From positions 248,001 to 312,000 of the forward strand of contig BQFW01000009.1 of NCBI GenBank assembly GCA_020891255.1: a DNA stretch of 64,000 bases, written 5' to 3'. Every line of letters starts with the position of its first letter. Within the stretch, counting starts at the first letter, position 1. The notes below the pieces were generated by a model. The model was not told where the DNA came from. It made no database searches and saw only the letters and a program-made list of their open reading frames with translations. Shown piece after piece: positions 25,101 to 38,600 of the stretch. The position numbers and the translations under genes are program-made. The DNA is from Entomortierella parvispora E1425. Taxonomy: Eukaryota > Fungi > Mortierellomycota.

Positions 25101-27212
25101 AGGCCGTCCGGGAGTTTCTCCGGAAAGACATCAGCGAACTCTTCCATGACAATGGACCGCACCTCTGGGGTCATATCGGGAATTGTACGCGGTTGGTCAG
25201 TTTCTTCAGAGGGCTCTGGGGTGTTGCGAATAAGGGCCAGGAACACCTCCGAGCCGGGCAGGGTTGCCATGGAATGAAAGTGCATGTGTGTGAGGAGGAG
25301 TCCTTTGGTGCGGCTTTGGATGTGATCGGCCTTGAAGCCGCGGCAGCTCCATTTGACATCGATTCCATTGTGAGTGAAATGAAGATCGTTGGTGCGCCAA
25401 TTGATGCAAGGGTTAACTTTGGTGAGCCAGGGTTTGCCAAGGATGAGGTCGTATTTGTTGAGAGGATAGAGAATAGGGTTGAGCGAATCGGAGTAGTCGC
25501 TGCGGTTGAGGGTGATGGGGACGGTGTGTGATGTAAGGGAGGAAGAGCCATTGGGGAGGAGGATGGGGATGGGCAAGCATTCAGTGCGGAGGAGCTGGTG
25601 TCGCTTTTGAAAAGACGAACTGATAATATTACCTTCTGCACCACCATCAATCAGGATTCTGGCAGCGTGGCCATTGACAGAACCGATGAAAGTGAGCAGT
25701 TGGCTCTCTGCCTTTTGGACAGTGAATTCGTGTAGGCGAATCGCACGACGCTTCAACTTCTTCAACTGACTTTTTGGACAGAGGTACACTAGGTGCCGGC
25801 GGTACAGCGAGAGGGTCCGGTTCATCTGTATCGGAGGATCTAGGTAGAGGAGCGGACAGGGCAACTGGAGCGGGCGAGGCAACAGGTTTTTTGGTTTGGT
25901 TTTGGTTTCGGTCCGATAGAACAACCAGAGCATCGTGGATGTGAGTTCGCTTGTCATGATTGGAGTCATGTTTCTGAGGTGTAGAATCAAGTGAAGTTTT
26001 ATTTGAGGTACTTAGCTCAGGGTTGTTGGCTACAGTTTCGACAACTGGGGTCCGGACCGACCCTAGTTGCCGGAGGCTTTTCCCGAATCAGGGGATTCAC
26101 CCGCGGTTACTTGATTAATTCCTCGGCTGCCGTTGCCGTACTTAGGGCAATTGGGACTGATGTGACCCAATTCGCGGCAGCGGAAGCAGCCACCGTTACG
26201 TACAAGGTACTCTCGGTCGGCGGCGGTCAGGGGTGCGGGGCGATCTCGAGAAGGGTTGTTAGTACCGTTGGTGGGGCGGTTCTGTAAGGAGCGGTGAAGG
26301 GTGCCGAGTTGCTTATGGATATTGTTGAGTTGGATATGAATATTGTCCACTTCCATTGCGTTGGGGTCGGTGATACCAGCAGAGGATCCCGAGGCAGCCA
26401 GTGCTTTGGCACCGAGTGATGGGTCTTCAGTGTGGAAGATACGACCGAACTCCTCCGCGGCCTTAAAGAGTCTGGGCAGATCTATGGTGTCGTTGCCTGC
26501 ATTAACAATGGCCACTTCCAGCATCTGGCGAAGCTGAGTAGGTGCACCACTGAGAAAGGCAGTACGGATAGTATCGTTGAGAACTGCGTTGTCGGCGTAG
26601 TAAGACTGGAGGAGTAGGTGGTATTCACGGGCTTTGGTAATATAGGCCATGACGTTGGAGATGTTCAGTGGCAGTGTCATTTTCATTTGCATTGTGAGGG
26701 CGAGAATGTGCTCCTTAAACTTCGCAGGGCTGAACTCGGCGGCAAGGAGCTCGCTGAAATCCGGGAATGAGGTGTCGGATGGCTTGTTTAAGAGTGCCCA
26801 CCAGCCGATAACCTCATCGCCGGCAAAGGCAAGGGTAACCCCGACCTTGCGAGATTCGGCAATTCCAGCGCCATCGAAGAAAAAGGTCATGCGTTTCAGA
26901 AAACCGAGAACAGAGAATCCGTCGCGCTTGCCGTTGAACGGTGTTGGATGAGGGAATTTGAATGACGGTGTCGCGGAGTCCATGTTGGGTGAATTGTCGA
27001 GGGAGAGTTGATCGAAGAGGGATACGAGGGGGTCCAGGGTGTGAGTGTGTCGGAGGGTCAGTGGGTCAGTGAGGTCAGTGGATCGAAAACCTTTGCTACC
27101 ATGCAATAGGAGTATCGAGGGTGGAGTGGAGACAAGAAGTGCGTTTTATTATATTGCAAGTTTCTAGCTTTTGTAGGTACACATCGCGTGATGTCACCGT
27201 ATTCCTGTTACA
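22146..27212 (-). mobile_element. Full-length Ty3/gypsy chromovirus B1 inserted antisense into the gag of B2
   Basis: LTRs at 22146-22256 and 27102-27212, TSD cggat. Gag ATG at 26983 to stop at 26063; PR-RT-RH-IN-chromodomain with several frameshifts. Confidence 0.95.
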
Positions 27213-27911
27213 CGGATTCTCTGTTCTCGGTTTTCTGAAACGCATGACCTTTTTCTTCGATGGCGCTGGAATTGCCGAACCTCGCAAGGTCGGGGTTACC
27301 CTTGCCTTTGCCGGCGATGAGGTTATCGGCTGGTGGGCACTCTTAAACAAGCCATCCGACACCTCATTCCCGGATTTCAGCGAGCTCCTTGCCACCGAGT
27401 TCAGTCCTGCGAAGTTTAAGGAGCACATTCTCGCCCTCACAATGCAAATGAAAATGACACTACCATTGAACATCTCCAACGTCATGGCCTATATTACCAA
27501 AGCCCGTGAATACCACCTGCTCCTCCAGTCTTACTACGCCGACAACGCAGTTCTCAACGATACTATCCGTACTGCCTTTCTCAGTGGTGCACCTACTCAG
27601 CTTCGCCAGATGCTGGAAGTGGCCATTGTTAATGCAGGCAACGACACCATAGATCTGCCCAGACTCTTCAAGGCCGTGGAGGAGTTCGGTCGTATCTTCC
27701 ACACTGGAGACCCATCACTCGGTGCCAAAGCACTGGCTGCCTCGGGATCCTCTGCTGGTATCACCGACCCCAACGCAATGGAAGTGGACAATATTCATAT
27801 CCAACTCAACAATATCCATAAGCAACTCGGCACCCTTCACCGCTCCTTACAGAACCGCCCCACCAACGGTACTAACAACCCTTCTCGAGATCGCCCCGCA
27901 CCCCTGACCGC

Positions 27912-28416
27912 TGTGGTGTAGTAGATACGGATCACACATTTGTAGAAGTCAGTTTAGATACCTTAAAAGATTGCGTTAATATAATTTCGTGTTCAGAGCA
28001 GTAATTGCTCTGGGTCGCTTCCTTCCCTACTTTTTCGTTTGCTTTTGTTTGATCGTTACAGAACACATACACATCCCCCCCCCACTTCCTGCCCGATATC
28101 CCCTTTGCAGCAGCAGCAAGATCGACGCCTTAATTCCGATTGCTGAGACTATTAGTAGCTAGTCTAACCTCCTCCCCCCCCTTTACCTTTGGATATCACA
28201 GACCCTGTTCTGCCGATCAAGCTTGCCTTCGTACAAGTCTTGAGCTTCCACCCGACTGAGATCTTTATTGATACTTGGTTCACACAGTTTAGACAGTGAG
28301 ATCCTGCAACGTCTATCCTCCCCCTCGCAAGCAATCCCCTTTCCCTTGATCACTTGTGACCAGCCCCTCTCTCCTTGAGCTACGACCGATCCCCAACCCA
28401 TTGTAGCAACACCACA
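27912..28416 (+). mobile_element. LTR-like unit D1 (505 bp) in the gag of B2
   Basis: TG..CA ends and 4-bp TSD ccgc. Removing it restores PLTAADREYL. Confidence 0.92.
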
Positions 28417-29127
28417 CCGCCGCCGACCGAGAGTACCTTGTACGTAACGGTGGCTGCTTCCGCTGCCGCGAATTGGGTCACATCAGTCCCAATTGCCCTA
28501 AGTACGGCAACGGCAGCCGAGGAATTAATCAAGTAACCGCGGGTGAATCCCCTGATTCGGGAAAAGCCTCCGGCAACTAGGGTCGGTCCGGACCCCAGTT
28601 GTCGAAACTGTAGCCAACAACCCTGAGCTAAGTACCTCAAATAAAACTTCACTTGATTCTACACCTCAGAAACATGACTCCAATCATGACAAGCGAACTC
28701 ACATCCACGATGCTCTGGTTGTTCTATCGGACCGAAACCAAAACCAAACCAAAAAACCTGTTGCCTCGCCCGCTCCAGTTGCCCTGTCCGCTCCTCTACC
28801 TAGATCCTCCGATACAGATGAACCGGACCCTCTCGCTGTACCGCCGGCACCTAGTGTACCTCTGTCCAAAAGTCAGTTGAAGAAGTTGAAGCGTCGTGCG
28901 ATTCGCTTACACGAATTCACTGTCCAAAAGGCAGAGAGCCAACTGCTCACTTTCATCGGTTCTGTCAATGGCCACGCTGCCAGAATCCTGATTGATGGTG
29001 GTGCAGAAGGTAATATTATCAGTTCGTCTTTTCAAAAGCGACACCAGCTCCTCCGCACTGAATGCTTGCCCATCCCCATCCTCCTCCCCAATGGCTCTTC
29101 CTCCCTTACATCACACACCGTCCCCAT

Positions 29128-32100
29128 TGAAAAGTATATGGCACACGGAGTCAGTGAGAATAAGAGAGGGATCTCTGTTTTATTGAACCGGTCAGGATAT
29201 TATCCTGACCGTTGCCTCCGTGACTGTGCCTTGCTGCCAGCAGCATCATTTGCCGCTGCGCCACCAAATTATGCGACAGAACTTCCCCTCCCATGGAGAG
29301 CGAAGCGCGGGTTGACACTACTGGTCAGTGAGAGGGTAAAAAATAAAACCTCTATGAAAATGTTATGGTTGAGGAAAAGTGAAAAACCTCTTGTCTTTGA
29401 GGAAAACCATGTGGTAAAAAACCTCTTTGCCTGTTAGGTCTTCTTTGCGTAGTAGCGTTTTAGTTCCTCGTTCTCGTTTGGTATCTCTTCGATCTTTGAT
29501 CCTGTGGTCGCTTATTTTCTTTGAGAAGTTGCCAATATTCTCTGATACATTGTTTTTCAATAAAGTTTTCTTCAGGTTCCCAAGTGTAGTCATCTTTGGA
29601 GTAGCCAGCCCATTTTGCTTTGTATTCCCACTCCCCCCTTTCGAGAAGGATGAGGACGGTGGTCGAGAATGTACTCGATCTCGAATATGGGCAGCGTATT
29701 TAAATCCTCGAGTACGAGTTTGAGCTGGGATGGGGCATAGTTGCGACTGAGCGACTCGCCTGTACCATCTCTGAGCTCATAAGATCCACCGGTCGTGCGG
29801 CGCACTACTGTGTACGGGCCTTCATACCGTGGCGTAAGTTTATTACCGCGGATGGGATCAAGTGTCATGACTTTTGCGCCATCAGGGAATTCATTATGCA
29901 GAACTGTGGCATTGAATCGGGCGATCATTTTCTTTTGAGTCTCTTCTGATTTCTTGTCAATCGCTGGAAAGACAATTTCAGTCATGTATGCGAGACGATC
30001 ACAGAGCTGCTTGTGGGTCATGACGTTCTTGGTAGATTTGGAGTAATTTTGGAAGCCATTGGCCTTGCGAGCGAAGAAGAGAGAGAACGGTGATGAATTA
30101 TGGAGAGCAACGATTCTTGTATTCATTGCAAGCTGTGCCATGGGTACATGAAGGTCCCAAGTATCTTGTTTCTGATGATGTTCTTTCTTGAGGATGTCGA
30201 CTGCGACTTTGACATGTCGTTCAGCAACGCCGTTTCCTCGAGGGTGATACGGCGTAAGTAGCCGGTGGTCAACGTTAAATTCAGAGGTCATTGCAAGCAT
30301 GACTTGGTTCACAAATTCCCTGCCGTTATCGGATTGTAAAACGCGAGGAAAGCCAACGGTACAAAATATATCAAACAGGGCTTTAGCGACAGTGTTTGCT
30401 TGTTTATCAGGGAGCGCTCTTAAGAAGACGAAGCGTGTGCATACGTCGACTACGATAAGAAGGATTTCATTGCCTTTCTTTGAGAGTTTGAACGGTCCCG
30501 CTAAATCCATAGCCATATGATCTCCTGGCAGGTTTGCGTGGATAGCTTTTAATGGATGATAGCCTTTGATACTAATATTGTACTTCTGACATTCCGAGCA
30601 TTTCTTAACCCAATTCAAGCAGTCATCTGTGAGATGGGGCCATGTGTATTGTTCCGCATGTATAGACCGGACCATTGCATTCGCTCCAAGGTGGCCGAGG
30701 GCGTGGGTTTTGTACAATATATCGTCCTGCTTCTTTTTGCCATGAACGACTTCTAACATTGTGTCTTTGTTTTGCATGATGTGCATGTAAGCGTTGACTA
30801 TGTGCCCATGGTTGGAGTCGTAGCGAGTCTGGATGGAGGCTGGGAACAGTCTAGACAAGTGATCTGGCAACACATTCATCACTCCAGGTCGGTATTCGAC
30901 CGTAAAGTCATAACTCAGGATTGTTTCATGCCAGCCAGTGAGCATGGAGTTTAACTCTTTCTGCGAGTGAATGAACGTAAGTGCTCGATGATCTGTATAC
31001 AGTGTAAAGTGTCTTCCCCAGAGGTAATAGTGGAATTTCGTGAGTGCAAACACGATTCCTAGCAATTCTTTTTGTGTGGCTGAATACCGTCGTTCTCTGT
31101 CTTGTAGAGAGCGTGCCATGAAGGATATGTATCTGTTCTCCCATTTTTTCTTGGATTCATTCCTGACTTTCTGGTAAAGGACCGATGCAATGCCTACGTT
31201 GGATGCGTCAGTGGCGACGTAGAACGGCAGACCGAAGTCAGGGAAGTGCAAGATTGGTGCATGGCTTAGCAGTTTCTTGAATGTATTGAAAGCATCGAGT
31301 TCGTCTGCATTGAGTTTGAACACTTTTGTTTCATGCCTCAACTTATCCAATGGCGCTGCCAACGTACTGAACAGCGGGATGAATTCTCGAAAGAAATTAA
31401 ATGTGCCCATGTAGGACTGAATTTGATTGCCTGTGGTTGGTGGAACCCACTGGTCGATATTGGCTAGCTTGGTAGGATCTACCCGTTTGCCAGCCAAGTC
31501 AATGACAAAGCCGAGAAGTACAATCTGTGTTGCGAAGAAGTGTGATTTTTCTGGGTTGATAATAAGCTTTGCTTCTGTTAGGCGTTCGATTACACACTTG
31601 ACGTGCGCTGCATGCTCTTCCTTGGTCTTGGAGAAAATAACGATGTCGTCAATGAACACCAGGACAAAGGGCAAGTCCCCCAAGATGCGTGTCATTCCGC
31701 GTTGGAATATGCTTGACAGTGGCTTAAGTCCGAATGGAGCTCGTCGGAACATATATTGAGTTCCTCGGTGCATGAATGCAGTGAGTGGTTGATGTCCTGC
31801 TTCGATAGGTAACCGGTGATATGCTTGTGTCAAATCGAGCGTTGTATAAATCATGTGGCCACCTATCTGTTGTAAGATGTCCGATATTAATGGTACTGGA
31901 TGGTTGTCATCCTTTAATAATTTGTTCAGAGGACGTGGGTCTAGGCAAACCCGCCATTTCGTTTTATTGCCGAGGAGATCTTTCTTGGCCGCGAGAGTTA
32001 GCGTGTTATTGTGCCGATTGTTGGCCGGAGCAAGTGTGATAACTCCATCTTTAAGCCATTTGTCAACTTGTTCGTCGAAAATATGCTGTTGCTGTTCAGC

Positions 32101-35100
32101 AAACGTCCTTGGTCTGCGATAAATAGTCGTGCCCTCAGGAACATCCAAGAACACGTGCATCTCTGGTAGAGTGCAGTAGCTGTCTAGCGGTATCTGTGCG
32201 TTGTCCTTTATCGAGTCTTGGATTTCACTCATGAATTGTGCTTTGAGTTTCTTGAACTTGTCAGTCAAGTTCTTCGATTGGTGTTTCCAATGGTAACACG
32301 GATGGCTTTTCATCTGGTGTTGGCGTTGGCAGAGTCTGTGCGTTTGCTCGTCCGTCTGCAATGCCTCCGATTGAGAACCCTAGTTTGTTAAATAGGTCCA
32401 TGCCAATGACAAATGGGTATTGTAGGTCAAACAGTTCAAATGAGGCGAGAAGCGAATGTTCATTGCATTCTACTTCTATATGTTCTGTTACTCCTGTTCT
32501 TGCTACATGCATTTTCTTGTGCCCGAGGAAGATGTTTCCCCGTGCTTTGCTGACCTCAATTTTCAGAGCTTCTACTAATGACTTGTCTATGAATGACTTC
32601 GTGGCTCCAGAATCAATTAGTGCTTCAAATTGAAGGCCTTCGAAGTAGATCGGTACTACAAGTCTCTTGTCATTGTCGTTCTGGTCACCCATTTCATTGT
32701 ATATAAGTGTTTCAAACATGTGTGATTGCTCATCGTTTATTGTCATGTGCTCCTGTGGTATGTCTTGTGACATTCTACTTTCCCTCCCCGCATGTGCCAG
32801 GACTGAATCTGTGGAGTGAACAGACTCTATGAATTCTTTATCTGACACTGGCGACATGTCTCTAGTCTGAGAGGAGTAGGACGCAAGAGTGAGTGCGTTG
32901 AAGTTGATATCAAGATCGTGGTATGTTTGCCACACATTTTTACGAGAGCGTAGTATATGAAGAGGGTCCTTACTGTAATTGCGCTCACGAGAGTTGTGGC
33001 TATCCCTGTTGTCTCTGCGCTGGCGATTGTCAGCTTGATATGGCCCGAAGCGGCTTGATCCGCGGTGGGAACGGTCTTGTCGATCGTCTGAGTTGTGTGA
33101 GCTACGCTCCGAGTGTTCATTGCGTCGTCGTTCGTCGTTCTGGTGTGGTGTAGTAGATACGGATCACACATTTGTAGAAGTCAGTTTAGATACCCTTAAA
33201 AGATTGCGTTAATATAATTTCGTGTTCAGAGCAGTAATTGCTCTGGGTCGCTTCCTTCCCTACTTTTTCGTTTGCCTTTGTTTGATCGTTACAGAACACA
33301 TACACATCCCCCCCCCACTTCCTGCCCGATATCCCCTTTGCAGCAGCAGCAAGATCGACGCCTTAATTCCGATTGCTGAGACTATTAGTAGCTAGTCTAA
33401 CCTCCTCCCCCCCCCTTTACCTTTGGATATCACAGACCCTGTTCTGCCGATCAAGCTTGCCTTCGTACAAGTCTTGAGCTTCCACCGGACTGAGATCTTT
33501 ATTGATACTTGGTTCACACAGTTTAGACAGTGAGATCCTGCAACGTCTATCCTCCCCCTCGCAAGCAATCCCCTTTCCCTTGATCACTTGTGACCAGCCC
33601 CTCTCTCCTTGAGCTACGACCGATCCCCAACCCATTGTAGCAACACCACACTGGCGCGCACGGCAGGCGTCCTTCTTATGGCCTAGCTTGTTGCAGTAGT
33701 CGCAGCTGATATGGTCCTTGGAAACGTGGTTGCCGTTCTTGTTACATTTATCACACCACATCTGCTTCGACTCAGCCTTGGCGGCGTGAGAGTTGGTGGT
33801 GGGCATTACTGGAGCGCTAAAGTTTTCGCGAGCTCCAGCTGGTCCTGTTAGCTTGCCCAGTGCGATACAAAAATCAGCGATAGCAATTGGAGTGTCTGGC
33901 ACTGATGTTGCTTGTGGGTTGTCCAGTACGTATTGCGATTGGAATCGCGTGTTGACTGTGTCCATTTCAGATGATGCAAGTCCTTGTCGGAGCAGAGTCA
34001 AAACCACATCGTTGTTGTCTTGTACTCGGAATAGCTTTGTAGCTCTTGCGATCCGATGAGCGTAGTGACTATATGGCTCTCCTGCGAGTCGTCCAAATTT
34101 GGTGAGCGTGGTAACAGCGTTTTCTCGCTCTTCGATTGTTAAACATGTCTCGAAGAACGTCCTCTCGAGATAGTCCACTGTCAGCACCTCCTTGGGTGCC
34201 TTGAACTTCTCTTTCAGATTGGCATGAAAGTGGTCGTTGTGGACCAGGTACAGGAGGTATTTCTCTCCATGACTTCCTATGATTTGCTCCCCCACATACG
34301 GCGCGATTTCTCGTTCGAAGTGCGCCCACCAGTCGTATGCCGATAGGGATCCTGATGATCCGAATCGAAGCCATGTGGATAGAGGCTTGACAGGAAATCC
34401 TGCCTCAGATCGCGCTTGTGGAGCATGGTTGCTTGCGCTTCGATCCTGCTCTTGATAACGGTCTACGGTGGACTGATTTGGATATGCCCATTGTGCTGGT
34501 ACAGGGCGGCGAGCTGCGTGAAGAGCATTGTATGTTTGCTCCATACTGCTGAGGAAGTCCTCGTTGCGCTTATGTTCTTCCTCCATCTTGTCTGTTTCCG
34601 GTGTGAGGTCCATGGGAGCTGTACCGGCATGGGTGACTCTTTTGTTACGTGAGATATGTAAAAGGAGTCTTACATTGGTGAGCCGAGTAGCTTCCATCTG
34701 TGCGTACGTTGCCGCAATGTCTGCCTCTATTTCCGCATCTGTTATGTCAGGCAGGGCAGTATGGGTAGGTACCGCCAAGGCTCTGGTGATTGATACGACC
34801 GATGTAGGACTATCCTTTCTTGGAATAGATGGCAACTGTGACGGTGGTAGTCCTTCAAACGTCAGTCCACTTCTGGTGCCAGAGCTGGTGGATGGAATGG
34901 TTTCCTCGTCCACATCCATCTCTTCTGTGATGGATCCTTCGTGTGTGGCTACAGTGGCCAAGTCTCCGCCATTGTTGGTGGGTTCTCCAGAGTTGGAGGC
35001 AGTGGCGCGCGCGTTGGCGGCTTGTGCAACAGGTATAACAACTGCAGCGACTCTGCTCCGAATTGGTTTGTTGTTGTTGAGATTCACTTTGCCCATGTCG

Positions 35101-35641
35101 CGAAAAATTTTCCCAGCTGAATTGAGTTAATGCCGGAATGAACTGAATGTCGAAAAGTTCACCAAAGTCCATGAGCGGTGGCTTGCGTGCAGTAAGTGGT
35201 GTTTTGGTAACTTTCAAGGGTCCTGAAAGCGATGCTGTGTTCCGTTTAGATGGATGGGTCGGATTGACGGGTGAATTGGCGTTCCAAAGTTGATCTCAGT
35301 TAAATCGAGTGGAATTAACTTGCGGAATGTGAGATGCAGGTCAATGCTGGTGAATGTCGTCGCAGACAGTGAAGAAATGCTGTTGATCGGTCGAGTGCTG
35401 ACGAGTGCGGTTGAATGGAGGTGAATGCCGGTTGTGAATGTCGGTTATGTTCCTGATCCTGCGAGATCTTCTTCTCTTCACTGAAAAAAATGAAAAGTAT
35501 ATGGCACACGGAGTCAGTGAGAATAAGAGAGGGATCTCTGTTTTATTGAACCGGTCAGGATATTATCCTGACCGTTGCCTCCGTGACTGTGCCTTGCTGC
35601 CAGCAGCATCATTTGCCGCTGCGCCACCAAATTATGCGACA
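29128..35641 (-). mobile_element. Full-length Ty3/gypsy chromovirus E (151-bp LTRs at 29128-29278 and 35491-35641)
   Basis: TSD cccat, PPT gggaggggaag. Gag with CCHC knuckles in frame with PR (LIDSGA) once D2 is removed. RT (FIDD), RNase H, IN (TPYHPRGNG); the chromodomain is shifted by a 6-G run. Confidence 0.93.
33144..33650 (+). mobile_element. LTR-like unit D2 (507 bp) in the gag of E
   Basis: TG..CA ends, 4-bp TSD ctgg, near-identical to D1. Confidence 0.92.
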
Positions 35642-38600
35642 CCCATCACCCTCAACCGCAGCGACTACTCCGATTCGCTCAACCCTATTCTCTATCCTCT
35701 CAACAAATACGACCTCATCCTTGGCAAACCCTGGCTCACCAAAGTTAACCCTTGCATCAATTGGCGCACCAACGATCTTCATTTCACTCACAATGGAATC
35801 GATGTCAAATGGAGCTGCCGCGGCTTCAAGGCCGATCACATCCAAAGCCGCACCAAAGGACTCCTCCTCACACACATGCACTTTCATTCCATGGCAACCC
35901 TGCCCGGCTCGGAGCTGTTCCTGGCCCTTATTCGCAACACCCCAGAGCCCTCTGAAGAAACTGACCAACCGCGTACAATTCCCGATATGACCCCAGAGGT
36001 GCGGTCCATTGTCATGGAAGAGTTCGCTGATGTCTTTCCGGAGAAACTCCCGGACGGCCTGCCCCCAGACCGTGGTGATGCTATGAAGATCGAGACCGAC
36101 CCGACAGCCGACCCACCCTTCCGCCCTGTCATTAGACTTTCAATCGCCGAGCTTGACGAACTTCGCAAACAACTGGACCAATTGCTAGCAGCAGGTTTTA
36201 TCAAACCCAGTACCTCTCCCTATGGCGCCCCCGTGCTCTTTGTGCGGAAGAAGGACGGCACACTCCGAATGTGCGTCGACTACCGTGGCCTCAACAAGAT
36301 CACCAGGAAGAACAGACACCCGTTGCCCCGTATCGACGAGCTACTTGACCGCTTCCGTGGAGCACGCTATTACTCCAAGTTGGACTTGTTATCCAGTTAT
36401 CATCAGCAGCGTATCTTTGAACCACACACACACAAGACTGCCTTCCGTTGTCGCTATGGTCACTTTGAGTTCAATGTTGTTCCCTTTGGCCTTACTAACG
36501 CTCCTGCTTCGTTCTCCAATATGATGTTGCGAGTACTCGATCCAGTCTTGGACAAATGGGTTGTCGTGTATCTCGACGATCTGTTGATCTACTCCAAGAC
36601 AAAGAAAGAACACCTGCAGCATCTCCGAAGCGTCCTGGCTCTCCTCCGCAAGAATGGTCTGTACGCGAAATTGAGCAAGTGCTCCTTCATGCAAGACGAA
36701 ACTGAATTTTTGGGCCACACCATCACGAAGGACGGGATCAAAACATCGGCCGGGCTCAGCAAAGCCATCAGTGACTGGCCCACCCCCAAGAGCACAAAGG
36801 ACGTCCAGCAATTTTTGGGGCTTGCGCAATTTTATCAACAGTACGTATCGGGCTTTGCAGGGATTGCCCTCCCTCTCTCTTCCCTCCTCGCCAACAACAC
36901 TCCCTTCAAATGGACCGACGAACAACAATCTGCATTCCTTCAGCTCAAACGCGCCATCTGCTCCGCCCCCGTCCTCCGCATCTTCGACCCTGATCTCTCA
37001 CCTTTGTCGAAACAGATGCATCCGGTTTCGCCATCGGTGCAGTGCTGCTGCAGACTGACCGGGAAGGGAATACCCATCCCATCGCATTCACTTCCAGGAA
37101 AATGCAGTCAGCTGAGCGGAACTACCCTGTCCATGAGCAGGAACTGTTGGCTGTCATCCATGCGCTCCGCACTTGGCGCTACTACCTCGATGGAACCAAG
37201 TTCAGCGTCCACACCGACCACGCCACCCTCCGCCACTTCCCCACACAGCCCAAACTCACTCGTCGACAGGCTCGCTGGATGGAGTTGCTTCAGGAATACG
37301 ACTTTGACTTCAAGTACAAGCGAGGAGTTGACAACATCGTCCCAGACGCTCTCTCCCGACGACCGGACTACCGCGAGCCTGACCCTGTTGAGCTATACAA
37401 CCTCAGCGTCTCCCTGTCCCCGGACGTCCGTGACCAGCTTGTCCAGGACTACAACGACGATCCTCGACTTGGACCCATCTACAAGGATTGCCTGGATGGG
37501 AAGGTTGCCAATGGATATTCATTCCAGAACAACCTCCTCTACTTTACCCGACGTGGAGCAACCACCCTGGCCATCCCTCGGCACTCCCCGATCCGCCTCA
37601 CTCTCTTGCACGACGCTCACGACTCTGCCACTGCTGGACACTTTGGTTTTCAAAAGACTTACGACAACCTGCGCCGTTTCGTATATTGGCCCCACATCGC
37701 CAAGGATACCCAGCAGTATGTAGCAACCTGCGAGAAGTGTCAAAGGAACAAGGACTCACAGGATCGACCAGCTGGACTCTTGCAACCGCTACCCATTCCT
37801 TCGCAACGTTGGGAGGTAGTCACCATGGACTTCATCGGCCCTCTTCCGCCCACAGCTAGAAATTTTGACGCCATCACAGTGTTTGTCGACAAGCTCACCA
37901 AGCAAGCTCACTTCGTCCCCAGTACTACCTCTGCCACGCCGTCGACGTCGCCCACCAGTTTTTTGACAACATCTTCAAGCTGCATGGCAAACCAACATCC
38001 ATCATCTCGGACCGCGACACTCGATTCACTAGTAGATTCTGGCAAGAGTTGCACAGGCTAATGGATGTCAAACTTGCACTGTCAACCGCCTACCACCCAC
38101 AGACGGATGGGCAGACAGAGGTTATGAACAAGACGCTGAAGACTATGTTGAGAGCGTTTATTGACAACAAGCAGTCTAACTGGGACCAGCTCCTTCCGTC
38201 ACTGGAATTCGCCTATAACAACGCTGTCAATGCATCCACGGGATACTCGCCGTTCTTCCTCAACTCTGGCCAGCACCCTCGTCTCCCCACCGCTCTCCTC
38301 GGTAAACCCAACAGCTCAGTCCCCACTGTTGATACCTTCCTGACTGAACAGGCGACCACCCTTGCCCTGGCCCAGGATGCTCTGCAGCGTGCTCAGGATC
38401 ATCAGGAGCAACAGGCAGACAAGCGACGACGGGATCACAAGTACAAGGTTGGCGATAAGGTCCTGCTGCGTGCCACCAATATCACCATCCCAGCCGACAG
38501 TATCAGACCAGCCGATAAGCTTCGACCTCAATTCCTTGGCCCGTTCACACTTTTGGAGCAACACTCACCTGTCACCTTCCGCGTCGAGCTGCCACCATTC

